Part shown: positions 44,906-53,932 of the stretch, one piece after another
Numbering within the stretch: position 1 is the first letter of the stretch
Layout: every line of letters begins with the position of its first letter
DNA from: Candidatus Liptonbacteria bacterium
GTDB taxonomy: Bacteria > Patescibacteriota > Minisyncoccia > UBA6257 > 2-01-FULL-56-20
Direction: 5' to 3'
Assembly (NCBI GenBank): GCA_016204335.1
Contig: JACQKU010000008.1
Location: forward strand, 10,913-74,912
DNA length: 64,000 bases
Notes under the pieces: model-generated
Database searches by the model: none
Told to the model about the DNA's origin: nothing
The model's input: only the letters and a program-made list of their open reading frames with translations
Position numbers and translations under genes: made by a program

Positions 44906-46300
44906 ATGCCTTCACAGAAAAGGAGAACAAAGCCCAACGTCATTTTTATTGTCATCGACGGACTGCGCGCCGACCATCTCGGCTCGTTCGGCTACCGCCG
45001 CCCCACGAGCAGATTTTTGGATGCGTTCGCGAAAAACTCGGTTAATTTCCGTTCGCACTTTTCAAACAGTTCTCAATCGGCGCCGGGATTTTTTTCTATT
45101 TTTGCATCGGCATATCCTTTTATGCGGAGCGATTGGACGACGACCAAGGGTCCTTATGAATTTTTAAGTGAAGTTTTTCGAAAAAACGGTTACAAAACTG
45201 CAGGATTCGCCTGTTCTCCTTATATCTCTTCATTCTTCGGCTATGACCGCGGGTTCGACGATTTTTATTATTCCGGATGCCATGATGATTCGGATGCGGT
45301 GAAAAAAACCATAAAGTCGACATTACCCTCGCGGATGTTCGAAATGCTCAAGAAGTTTGTTAAAACCACCACTATCGGAAAAATGATGAATCGTATCAGA
45401 TTCCGTTTTTTAATGCAGCCCGCTTACAGCAATTCGGAAGCAATCAATGAAATCGTGGAAAATCATCTTTCTCGTAGCGATTGCAATGACAGGCCTCTTT
45501 TCGCGTGGATCCACTACTTGGATGCGCATGTTCCTTTTAGAAGCAAAAAAAATGATATTCGGGCGGTGGGAGGACGCTTTGGCGCGCGGCGCGCAAATTT
45601 TTTGGACCGTAAAGTATTCAGCTTTACACTCCTCAATCCTTTTGTCGATGAAGAACGGATGACCGTTCAAGAACTCAAAGACCTTGAGCTATGTTATGAC
45701 GCGCAAATTTACCGCGCCGATCGCAATCTCGAAAAATTGTTTTCAATGCTTTCGGAGAACGGTATCTCCCGGGAGAATTCCGTAATCGCGATTACCGCCG
45801 ACCACGGAGAGGGATTCGGGGAACACTTCGGCATAGGGCATACTATGCGTCTTTATGATGAGTTGGTGCATGTTCCTTTCTTTTTATCAGTACCGGGAGG
45901 AAAACCGCGCGAAGTTTATGATCTCACCAATCATATCGATATTGTGCCGACACTCGCCGCATCCGCGGGAATTTCTTTGCGAAGCCGTTTCATCAAAGGC
46001 AAAAATGTGCTTAAGGGTTCGGATACAAAGTATGTCTTTAGCGAAGTCGCGCCGAACCTCGGCGGCATGCTCTCTAAAATAGATTTTTCAAGAAGCGTGT
46101 TTTCCGTCCGCGGAAAGGAATGGAAATATATCAAGGATTATGCAAGGGAAAGAGAGGAACTTTACCATTTATCGGAAGATCCTGACGAGTTGAAAGATCT
46201 GTCGCAAACGGAAGTAGACGTTAAAAACAAACTTTGGAATTTGTTGAGAGTACATATCAAGAGGAAAACGAAAGCGGTGCCGTATCTTAAGGATGTCTAG
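44906..46300 (+). CDS. Sulfatase-like hydrolase/transferase (alkaline phosphatase superfamily); canonical C/S-x-P-x-R sulfatase motif not evident
   Basis: NVIFIVIDGLRADHLGSFGY (metal site), TADHGEGFGEHF and overall sulfatase-domain layout, but NSSQSAPG in place of CxPxR. Confidence 0.65.
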   Translation: MPSQKRRTKPNVIFIVIDGLRADHLGSFGYRRPTSRFLDAFAKNSVNFRSHFSNSSQSAPGFFSIFASAYPFMRSDWTTTKGPYEFLSEVFRKNGYKTAGFACSPYISSFFGYDRGFDDFYYSGCHDDSDAVKKTIKSTLPSRMFEMLKKFVKTTTIGKMMNRIRFRFLMQPAYSNSEAINEIVENHLSRSDCNDRPLFAWIHYLDAHVPFRSKKNDIRAVGGRFGARRANFLDRKVFSFTLLNPFVDEERMTVQELKDLELCYDAQIYRADRNLEKLFSMLSENGISRENSVIAITADHGEGFGEHFGIGHTMRLYDELVHVPFFLSVPGGKPREVYDLTNHIDIVPTLAASAGISLRSRFIKGKNVLKGSDTKYVFSEVAPNLGGMLSKIDFSRSVFSVRGKEWKYIKDYAREREELYHLSEDPDELKDLSQTEVDVKNKLWNLLRVHIKRKTKAVPYLKDV

Positions 46301-46333
46301 TTCTCTAGGCTTCAAAGGTTCCTTCAATAGTAC

Positions 46334-47149
46334 TCAATCTTTCCCTTTCCAAAAAAATGTATTGTTAAGATCGACTATTTTGTGAACGTATCCCATTTTT
46401 TCTAATTTTTGCGTAATGAAGGGTGTCGGGTCTTCTATGAGAAGTTTTATATCGGGGTTGCGCCGTATTGTTTCCATTGCGCCCCGAAATACGGGGTCAA
46501 CTACGCCCTCAACGTCAATCTTTATAAAGTCAGCGCGCTGGGGGCTTATATCGTCTATCCGGACCGCATCGACACGATACTCGCGTATTGTCTTATCGTC
46601 ATCTTTGCCGAAATTCGATCCTATTTTATGTTCATAATCTTTTCTTGGATCTTCCATACTTGACCATGTCCACGCATCTCCGACAACATACAGAGTTTTC
46701 TTCTCTTGAGAATCAGACGCGGCGGCTTGCTTTGAAGACACAACATTCTCGAAGCCATTTTCTTTAATGTTTTTGGTAAGAAGCGCGAAGCTGTTTGGTT
46801 CCGGCTCTATTGCAACTACCTTTCCCGTTTCACCCACCAATTTCGCCGCAATGAGCGTGAACCATCCTATTGATGCTCCGATATCAATGAATACCCCACC
46901 CTCTTGCAAGTTCTTAAAAAGTAATTGAGTGGACTCCGGTTCTTTGGCACCGAATTTTTCCGCCAATGATTCACGTGGGTCAAGCCAAATTTTTAGTCCG
47001 TGCTTGTGCACAAACGATTCTTTTTTGCCTTTCAAAAATTTCTCGAAACGAACATTTAAATTTCGTATCCATGTAATTTTACTAAGACCCAAGCCGCGCA
47101 CTATATGGCGGCGGAAAAATATATAAATTTTGATTAAGATTTTTTTCAT
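46334..47149 (-). CDS. FkbM-family methyltransferase
   Basis: VFIDIGASIGWFTLIAAKLVGETGKVVAIEPEPNSFALLTKN. Confidence 0.7.
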   Translation of the reverse strand: MKKILIKIYIFFRRHIVRGLGLSKITWIRNLNVRFEKFLKGKKESFVHKHGLKIWLDPRESLAEKFGAKEPESTQLLFKNLQEGGVFIDIGASIGWFTLIAAKLVGETGKVVAIEPEPNSFALLTKNIKENGFENVVSSKQAAASDSQEKKTLYVVGDAWTWSSMEDPRKDYEHKIGSNFGKDDDKTIREYRVDAVRIDDISPQRADFIKIDVEGVVDPVFRGAMETIRRNPDIKLLIEDPTPFITQKLEKMGYVHKIVDLNNTFFWKGKD

Positions 47150-47245
47150 TTTTTATCGCGCATTCGGTTGTCCCTTGTCCATTTTTTATTCCATTTATTT
47201 TGTTATATTGGTGATGATAATGTGCAAGCGTTATGCGCCCATTAA

Positions 47246-48355
47246 TTATGAATTCGCGTAAAACTCTTTTATTTTTTCAATAACCTCATCTTTTTGTTCT
47301 TTGGTGATATGCGATGCTGACGGAAGTTGGAGCCCGTTCGCGCCGTAGTGGTCAGCCCACTTGAAATCACCCTTGTCGTTGTAAATCGGCTGGGCATGCA
47401 TGGGGATAAAGAATGTCCTTGTTTCTATCCCGTTCTTCGCAAGATATTCCATTAGCTCGTCGCGCCGCGGCGCCAAGAGTCCGAACATCCAAAATACGCA
47501 AAAAGTGTTTAGTGGTTCGGGAAAGAACCTTAATCCGGGGATATTTTTTAGGCCGTTCAGGTAATATTTCGCATTCGCCCTTCTTTTCAGAACCAATTCA
47601 TCAAGCCGCTTTAGTTGCGCAAGACCAAGTGCGGCACCTAACGCGGACATTCTAAGATTCCAGGCGATCGTTTTATGCCAGAAGTGTTTTTCATCATCAA
47701 AGTCATAACCTCGTATGTGGCGGAGCTTGTCGGTTAATTCGTAGTTATTCGTAAGGATCATACCTCCTTCTCCTGTGGTCATTATTTTGTTGGCATAAAA
47801 AGAAAAACAACTTGCTTCGCCGAATGTTCCCATAAGTTTTCCTTTGTATTTTGCGCCGTGTGCTTCGGCTGTGTCTTCGATAACAAGTAGATTATGTTTT
47901 TTAGCGATATCCATTATTTTGGACATGTCGCATGGTTCGCCGTATGCATGCACAGGCATGATGGCGCGCGTTTTTACAGTTATTTTTTCCTCAATTTTAC
48001 TTGGGTCGATGTTGAAACTTTTTTCGCTGGAGTCCACGAAAACAGGTGTCGCGCCGCAGTGGCTTACGGCTCCAGCGGTTGCCACCATTGTAAAACTTGG
48101 CATAATCACCTCATCGCCAGGAACAATTCCAAGCGCTTTCAGAGTCAAAAAAAGCGCGGAGCCGCCGGAATTCACGGCCACTGCATACTTCATCCCGAAT
48201 TTTTCCGCAAATGCGTCTTCCAGTTTTCCAACCGGCGAGGCTATCGAAGAGATTTCTTTGTTTTTTATGGCATCAACCACATAATTTATCTCAAGCTCTG
48301 ATATGTCCGGTTCGCAGACGCGGATTTTCACCGGATATTTATTGACACTGGGCAT
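47246..48355 (-). CDS. DegT/DnrJ/EryC1/StrS-family PLP-dependent sugar aminotransferase (GDP-perosamine synthase-like by context)
   Basis: VIEDTAEAHGAKYKGKLMGTFGEASCFSFYANKIMTTGEGGMI with the Schiff-base Lys region. Confidence 0.85.
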   Translation of the reverse strand: MPSVNKYPVKIRVCEPDISELEINYVVDAIKNKEISSIASPVGKLEDAFAEKFGMKYAVAVNSGGSALFLTLKALGIVPGDEVIMPSFTMVATAGAVSHCGATPVFVDSSEKSFNIDPSKIEEKITVKTRAIMPVHAYGEPCDMSKIMDIAKKHNLLVIEDTAEAHGAKYKGKLMGTFGEASCFSFYANKIMTTGEGGMILTNNYELTDKLRHIRGYDFDDEKHFWHKTIAWNLRMSALGAALGLAQLKRLDELVLKRRANAKYYLNGLKNIPGLRFFPEPLNTFCVFWMFGLLAPRRDELMEYLAKNGIETRTFFIPMHAQPIYNDKGDFKWADHYGANGLQLPSASHITKEQKDEVIEKIKEFYANS

Positions 48356-48369
48356 ATAAGTTTGTTATC

Positions 48370-49338
48370 TTATTTAGATTTTTTTTGCAAGTCGGCCAAA
48401 TCTGCTTCCACCATTAGCTTCACAAGTTCTTTGAATTTTATTTTTGGACTAAAACCAAATGCGTTTTGCGCTCTTGAGATATCGCCTACGAGTGCCGTGT
48501 TTTGCGCCGGCCTTAAAAATTTCGGATTTATTTTGACATATTTTTGAGAGTCAAGTCCGACGGTGGCAAAGGCCTCGTCTACGAATTCTTGCACCGAGTG
48601 CGCTTCTCCGGTGCAAATGATATAGTCATCCGCTTTTGGCTGTTGCATGATGTTCCACGCCGCCTCCATGTATTCTTCGGCGTAGCCCCAGTCGATTTTA
48701 GCCGAGAGGTCACCCAATTCAAGAACATCCTGGAGGCCGAGCGAAATTCGAGCGACGGACTTGGTTATCTTTCTTGTGACGTATTCGTCTGGTCTCCGCG
48801 GCGATTCGTGATTGTAAAAAATGGCAGTGGCAACGAACATGTCATACGCTTCGCGATAAAAGCGGCTTACGACGTAGGCCAGGACTTTAGCGCATGCATA
48901 GGGGCTCTGCGGCCGAAACGGAGTGTTCTCGTTCTGCGGATGTTCCGTTGCCTTGCCGAAGACATTCGAAGTGATGGGCTGGAAGAATTTTATGTCCGGA
49001 TTTACTTGTTTTACGATTTCAAGAATTTTTCCGACAGCCACGCCGGTAACATTATATTGATATTCCACGATGTCAAAACTCCAGCCAGCGTGGTCCTGGT
49101 CGGCTTCGTTGTAGATTTCTTCCGGATTAACTTCGCGGATTACCTTCCAGAGCGAGTTCGTGTCCAAAAGGTCGCCGCGATGAAGTATCAAAGAGTCCTT
49201 TATGTGTTCAATGTTTTTGGTGTTGCCGGTCGCGGTGCGCCGGATAAACCCGTGGACTTCGTATCCTTTTTCAAGAAGTATTTCGGCAAGATATGACCCG
49301 TCTTGCCCCGTGATGCCTAAAATGAGAGCTTTTTTCAT
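48370..49338 (-). CDS. GDP-mannose 4,6-dehydratase paralog
   Basis: [40 protein letters not shown]; about 60% similar in motif pattern to gmd at 12608. Confidence 0.8.
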   Translation of the reverse strand: MKKALILGITGQDGSYLAEILLEKGYEVHGFIRRTATGNTKNIEHIKDSLILHRGDLLDTNSLWKVIREVNPEEIYNEADQDHAGWSFDIVEYQYNVTGVAVGKILEIVKQVNPDIKFFQPITSNVFGKATEHPQNENTPFRPQSPYACAKVLAYVVSRFYREAYDMFVATAIFYNHESPRRPDEYVTRKITKSVARISLGLQDVLELGDLSAKIDWGYAEEYMEAAWNIMQQPKADDYIICTGEAHSVQEFVDEAFATVGLDSQKYVKINPKFLRPAQNTALVGDISRAQNAFGFSPKIKFKELVKLMVEADLADLQKKSK

Positions 49339-49411
49339 GCTTGTCAATTTTACCATCTTATCAACTCTTGAGAAAATATGAAAGAGGAGATGGATTGTCC
49401 TGCCCCGTTAT

Positions 49412-49921
49412 TCATTTCCTCCGGCGCCGATTATGAAAATGCCGCGCGATAAATCGGCGATGGATGGTAATCATCTTTCGCGGCAGGCGCGATGCGTCCC
49501 AAAATTTCATGTCCGCGGTTTCCCGAACCGTTTTCCTTGGCTCGCAAAGAACGTACACCGAGAGCGGTCGTCCGTAGGGATGTTCGCCTTCGCGCCATTT
49601 ATCGGCATCGAGGACTTCGAGATACTTCACATCGAAATCCAACTCGCGTTTTGCGACGCGCGAGCAGGTTTCCTGGATCGTTTCATTCCAGATATTATAG
49701 CCGCCAGGAATGTGCCAATAGCCGCGCGCGAATTTCCCCTGATAGGGCGTGAGAAGTATCTCGGCGCCATGCGTGCGTTTGCGGAGGATCACGAGTTCCG
49801 GCGCCCACATTGAAACCGCGCCATGGAGCGGTTCGAACGCTTCATCGGGAATAAAAAAATTTTGCTCGGGTATTTTTTTGAGGAGCCGCGCCAGTGTTTG
49901 CGCTTCTTTTTTCGTCATCAT
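49412..49921 (-). CDS. Divergent NUDIX-like hydrolase
   Basis: WHIPGGYNIWNETIQETCSRVAKRELD is a degenerate Nudix box. Confidence 0.4.
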   Translation of the reverse strand: MMTKKEAQTLARLLKKIPEQNFFIPDEAFEPLHGAVSMWAPELVILRKRTHGAEILLTPYQGKFARGYWHIPGGYNIWNETIQETCSRVAKRELDFDVKYLEVLDADKWREGEHPYGRPLSVYVLCEPRKTVRETADMKFWDASRLPRKMITIHRRFIARHFHNRRRRK

Positions 49922-50162
49922 GTCGTTCTCATCATAACCGATTTACCGAAGAATGAAAAAAAGGATGTGGTTCGCTCTTCCGTGAATCGAAAACTCCTCG
50001 CTAAATTGTGAGCAATTTCTTCTCCGTTTCCATCGCGGTGATTTGGAGGTGCCTTCTTTTAAAAATGGAAGAGGGGAACGCGGCGATGTCGTCGCGTCCC
50101 CCTCGGTGCTTCCCCGCGCGTCCTCCTGGTGCCGGGGTTTTCTGACCATATCGGCCGGTGCT

Positions 50163-50885
50163 CTAGTCGCCGAACGGGTAAGGTATGATTCCCTCCTCCT
50201 CGAGCTGGTCGCGGAGGCCGTCCGTGACCAGGCGGAAGATCGCGGCCCGCTTCGCGGCGAGGAGCTTCCCGAGCTGGGTGCGGATGCACACGCCCGACTC
50301 GGAATCGACCCAGTCGAGCGAGTAGGCGATGTCCCGGAACACCGTCCTCGGTGCCTGGTACGTTGCCTCAGGGTCGTCGAGGAAGTGTTTGTAGTCGACG
50401 ACCGGCAGATCCGCATAGTGCTGACCGGACCTTGCGAAAAGATCGCCGTCCAAGTTCACGATCCGGTCGGCGTCCATCAGCGCGATGAGCACCGGCGAGT
50501 CGTTCGAAGAGTTCTTGCCGTCGTGGCCGAGGACTGCGGCCACGATAGCATCCACTTCGGGGCCGTAGTAGCCGAAGACCGGCTCCGGGACGTGCCCATA
50601 CGCGGATGGGCGAGTCTCGGTCATAAGCCAGCTCTTGACGAGCCGGCTCGTTTCGTCAGTGGGCACTTCGCGCCGGCCAACGCCGAGCTTCTTCTGTATC
50701 ACCTTGTCGGCGTTGTGGCAGAGCCCGGCTACACCGGCGAGCTCAGCGGTCTGCTTGTCGGTCTCGTTGAGGCCGATCTGGTAGGCGATCTGGCCTACCC
50801 GCGCGGCGTGCACCCAATCGTGGTGCCCGACGAGACCGACTTCCTCGTGGCTCTTGTGGACTGCAGCGAACAAATCGGGGAACAT
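50163..50885 (-). CDS. HD-domain metal-dependent phosphohydrolase-like protein, paralog 1 (GC-rich xenolog)
   Basis: Shares ordered blocks with the next two genes (LAGVAGLCHNADKV / DADRIVNL / IIPYPFGD). Own SD (GGAGGGG) and terminator hairpin at about 50085-50115. GC content far above the window average. Confidence 0.6.
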   Translation of the reverse strand: MFPDLFAAVHKSHEEVGLVGHHDWVHAARVGQIAYQIGLNETDKQTAELAGVAGLCHNADKVIQKKLGVGRREVPTDETSRLVKSWLMTETRPSAYGHVPEPVFGYYGPEVDAIVAAVLGHDGKNSSNDSPVLIALMDADRIVNLDGDLFARSGQHYADLPVVDYKHFLDDPEATYQAPRTVFRDIAYSLDWVDSESGVCIRTQLGKLLAAKRAAIFRLVTDGLRDQLEEEGIIPYPFGD

Positions 50886-51119
50886 CTCCCAGATTCTCAC
50901 TTGCCCCTCCCTTCGGGTTAGAGTCGTTGCAAGAGCAGTTCGTCGGCAGAGATACACTCCGCCGTCAAACCGCCGGTTTTCGGTAAGGACGATACACATA
51001 CTTCCTTTCTTCAGTCGTATTCACTTTTCAAGGGCTGATATAGCGAAAGGGGCCAGGTCCGCCGAACTGCTTTTAGTGAAACATAAATCAAAAGATATGT
51101 CAAATCACCGCTCCCCCCG

Positions 51120-51821
51120 TTAATTCTTTTTTCGCGAAAACGGATACGGCCGAAGGCGGCTTTCCTTCAGCTGGTTTTCTATGTCCTGCATGAATATTTT
51201 GAGAAATGCGAACCGCTTCGCGCCGATTTTTTTTGCCTTGGGGAGCCGGAGCCATTTTTTCCACTCAAGCGAGTATGAGATGTCTTTTCCGACTGACTCG
51301 GGATGACGATAACTCGATGAGGGATGGTGGAACAGATGAATATAGTCAAGAACTGGAAGGTGTTCGAGCTCCTTCGCGCTCCGAAGGCACAGGAGCGCGC
51401 CGACATTCGCGAGACGATCCGCGTCTTTGAGCGCTACGGTTACTTTGCTGTCGCGCGGATCGTTTCGTTTGCGATGCTCCATTACTGCTTCGATCACCAA
51501 TTGTTTGTCGTTATGGTTGAGTGTGGTGTATTGTAAATATTGGATAAGTTTTTTCCGGACAAGAGTATCAAGGGTATGCTTTTTTCGGAAATGTTCCGGA
51601 ACGAGACCTCGTTCGATAAGATGATCCGTATTGTGGCATATTCCGGCAACCCACGCGAGTTTGGCTGTTCGCGCGTCGTCTGCGATGCGAACGCTGTAAT
51701 TCGCGACCATCAGCGCGTGCTCAAAGTCATGCCCGCTCTCGCTTGCCCTCACTTTTTCGTGATCGCGAATGACCATAGTAAGAAGTTCCGTGTATTTTTT
51801 GATGAGTGTTTCGATGGACAT
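51120..51821 (-). CDS. HD-domain phosphohydrolase-like protein, paralog 2
   Basis: RDHEKVR..GHDFEHAL...LAWVAGICHNTDHL...ALKDADRLANVGA...RPYPF. Confidence 0.6.
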   Translation of the reverse strand: MSIETLIKKYTELLTMVIRDHEKVRASESGHDFEHALMVANYSVRIADDARTAKLAWVAGICHNTDHLIERGLVPEHFRKKHTLDTLVRKKLIQYLQYTTLNHNDKQLVIEAVMEHRKRNDPRDSKVTVALKDADRLANVGALLCLRSAKELEHLPVLDYIHLFHHPSSSYRHPESVGKDISYSLEWKKWLRLPKAKKIGAKRFAFLKIFMQDIENQLKESRLRPYPFSRKKN

Positions 51822-51829
51822 GATTTATA

Positions 51830-52528
51830 TTATAGGAGGTGCTTGTATGTTGCGGGAAGCGGATACATCCCGATTGATTTCAATTGGCGCATAATATCGT
51901 TGAGCGCTTGGCGCATAAACTCGGCGCCCGGTTTGGAAATATGTTTTGCTTTCAGAAGCCGAATTTTCACCGATGGCTTCTCGGTCCATTCCAAAACATA
52001 GGTCAAATCTTCCACTGCTGTTTTTTCTTTGCCGAACGAATTTTTCAAGCGCATTGGCGAAACAAAATCGAAGAGCGACCTATTGTGATAATATTGCCCA
52101 ATGCGAAGGAGTACAATCGCGCCGAAATCCGCGATTCTGTCCGCGTCTTTCAGCGTTACGGTTACCCTATCATCGTTCGGATCATTTTTTTTCGTGTGAT
52201 TCATCACTGCCCGGAAAACGATTTCTTTTTCTGAAGCCGTGAGGGGAGTTTTTTGAAGATGCGCCTTAAGTATTCGCGGGGTGTTTCTGTTTCCGAACAA
52301 GCGGTCAGTGTTGTGGAGAATTGCCGCCAGCCAGGCAAGCCGCGCGGTTTTTTTATCCGGAGCGATTTTGAGCGCGGTGTTTGCCACGCGGAACGTATGC
52401 CCGATGTCGTGATGATGCCCCACTTTTTTCACTCGCGTTTTATGATCGCGCGATACTCGAGCAAGAAGCAGATGAAATTCTTTTCCCAAAGAAGGAAGCA
52501 GATAGGTAAAATCTTTCGAATTTCTCAT
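51830..52528 (-). CDS. HD-domain phosphohydrolase-like protein, paralog 3
   Basis: RDHKTRV..GHHHDIGHTF...LAWLAAILHNTDRL...TLKDADRIADFGA...MYPLP. The start codon is embedded in motif C (52528-52542). Confidence 0.6.
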   Translation of the reverse strand: MRNSKDFTYLLPSLGKEFHLLLARVSRDHKTRVKKVGHHHDIGHTFRVANTALKIAPDKKTARLAWLAAILHNTDRLFGNRNTPRILKAHLQKTPLTASEKEIVFRAVMNHTKKNDPNDDRVTVTLKDADRIADFGAIVLLRIGQYYHNRSLFDFVSPMRLKNSFGKEKTAVEDLTYVLEWTEKPSVKIRLLKAKHISKPGAEFMRQALNDIMRQLKSIGMYPLPATYKHLL

Positions 52529-52647
52529 CCCGTTAGAGACAGGTCGCCTCGGGCGACCGTAATTCAGCGGTTTTTACTGCAATCGCTTTTGGGACGGCAA
52601 GATAAGACATAGTTTAGAAATCATAGTATTGTTGTCTCTAACGGGAT
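52528..52647. repeat. Motif C module 2: ATCCCGTTAGAGACA - spacer with GGTCGCCTCGGGCGACC hairpin - TGTCTCTAACGGGAT
   Basis: 15-nt perfect inverted termini bracket the C-MT2 stop / HD3 start junction. Confidence 0.6.
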
Positions 52648-53855
52648 TTCTTCCCGATAATTCTGAATCGAGGAATCGGGACGATGAATTTTCCTCCGTT
52701 TTTGAGCCAGATTTGCTCGCGCTTCACGAATGTATCCGTGAACGCCCACGGCAAAATCAAAAAATAGTCGGGATTTTTTTTGCGCGCTTGTTCCTCGGAA
52801 ACGATAGGAATGTTTGTGCCAACGGTGAACTTGCCCCATTTTACTTTGTCTTTGTCGGCGGCGGCTGTGATTAACTTTGACGTGAGTCCATAGTATTGGA
52901 GAATGGTGTTGCCTTTTGTTGACGCGCCGTAGGCATAAACTGTTTTGCCTTTTTCAACTTCGCGTTTGATGAACTCAACGCACTTCCTTTTGTTTTCTTC
53001 GAGTCGCTTTGCGAAAGCGGGGTAATCGAATTTCGGCTCCGGATATTTGACGCTTCCCTTGTTTAGTTTTCGCGCGAACAAACGATAACTTCCTCCGTTT
53101 ATGGAATTTTCTTCGACTTTGAATATCTCGAGGCCGTTTTTCTCAAACAGGTACATCAGCGACGGATAAGAATAAAATTCAAGATGTTCGTGGCAAATGT
53201 TGCCGACGTCGTTTTTTTCGATCATGGGTTTCAGCGTCATCAGTTGCGCGATGAATACGCCGTCGTCGGCAAGGGCTTGAGCGGCGTCGCCGACGAACTG
53301 CCCCGGATTTTCCATATCGTAAAACATTCCGATGGCGGTGATGATTTTCGCTTTTGGAATCCCGAGTTTTTTATACGCCGCGTACGACCAGAAATCGTGA
53401 ATGATTTTGTCGGCGTGTTTTTTAAGCTTCGCTTGGAGATTGTTCGCGGGTTCGCAGGCGGCACGGATATAGTTCGGAGAGAAAAATTTCAAGAGCGTGC
53501 CGTCGTTCGCGCCGATATCCAAAACAACATCGTCTTTCTTGAGCTCCGCGAGTTTTTGGGAAACGCGGGCAATTTCTTTCAAATCGCTCACGATAACCGG
53601 ATTGACGGCGGACTGATACCAATAATGCCGTGAGTACATTATTTCTTGCGGGGCGGTATGTTTCAGTTGAAGCAAGCCGCACTTTGAATTTGAGCACAGA
53701 ACCAATTCCAGCGGCGCAAGTATCGGCTTTTTAGATTGTTTGGTTACGAAATCGGAAACCGCCAACTTCCCCAAAGAAAGAATTTTTTTGAGTTTTTTGC
53801 CTCCGCAGAGGCGGCAGGTTTTTCTTGTGATGTAAGATAGTTTTATTGCCTTCAT
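52638..53855 (-). CDS. NDP-hexose C-methyltransferase (TylC3-like), paralog 2
   Basis: CRLCGGKKLKKILSLGKLAVSDF Zn-ribbon, VLDIGANDGTLL, and C-terminal TVYAYGASTKGNTILQYY domain. Confidence 0.75.
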   Translation of the reverse strand: MKAIKLSYITRKTCRLCGGKKLKKILSLGKLAVSDFVTKQSKKPILAPLELVLCSNSKCGLLQLKHTAPQEIMYSRHYWYQSAVNPVIVSDLKEIARVSQKLAELKKDDVVLDIGANDGTLLKFFSPNYIRAACEPANNLQAKLKKHADKIIHDFWSYAAYKKLGIPKAKIITAIGMFYDMENPGQFVGDAAQALADDGVFIAQLMTLKPMIEKNDVGNICHEHLEFYSYPSLMYLFEKNGLEIFKVEENSINGGSYRLFARKLNKGSVKYPEPKFDYPAFAKRLEENKRKCVEFIKREVEKGKTVYAYGASTKGNTILQYYGLTSKLITAAADKDKVKWGKFTVGTNIPIVSEEQARKKNPDYFLILPWAFTDTFVKREQIWLKNGGKFIVPIPRFRIIGKKSR

Positions 53856-53932
53856 TTTGATCGTAAGATACTGTATCATATTATTAATCTGCCGTTAAGC
53901 CAAGCGAGCTTTTCACGACACATTTTGCTTAA

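Noticed and set aside
50059-50130. Possible attC-like or recombination site at the GC-rich block boundary
   Set aside because: The hairpin followed by a T-tract here is adequately explained as the intrinsic terminator of the GC-rich HD gene. No paired core sites were seen.
49943-50921. Multiple long ORFs in all frames (157 aa minus, 292 aa plus) in the GC-rich block
   Set aside because: High GC suppresses stop codons. Only the minus-strand frame 50163-50885 shows homology (to the adjacent HD paralogs); the others are compositional artefacts.
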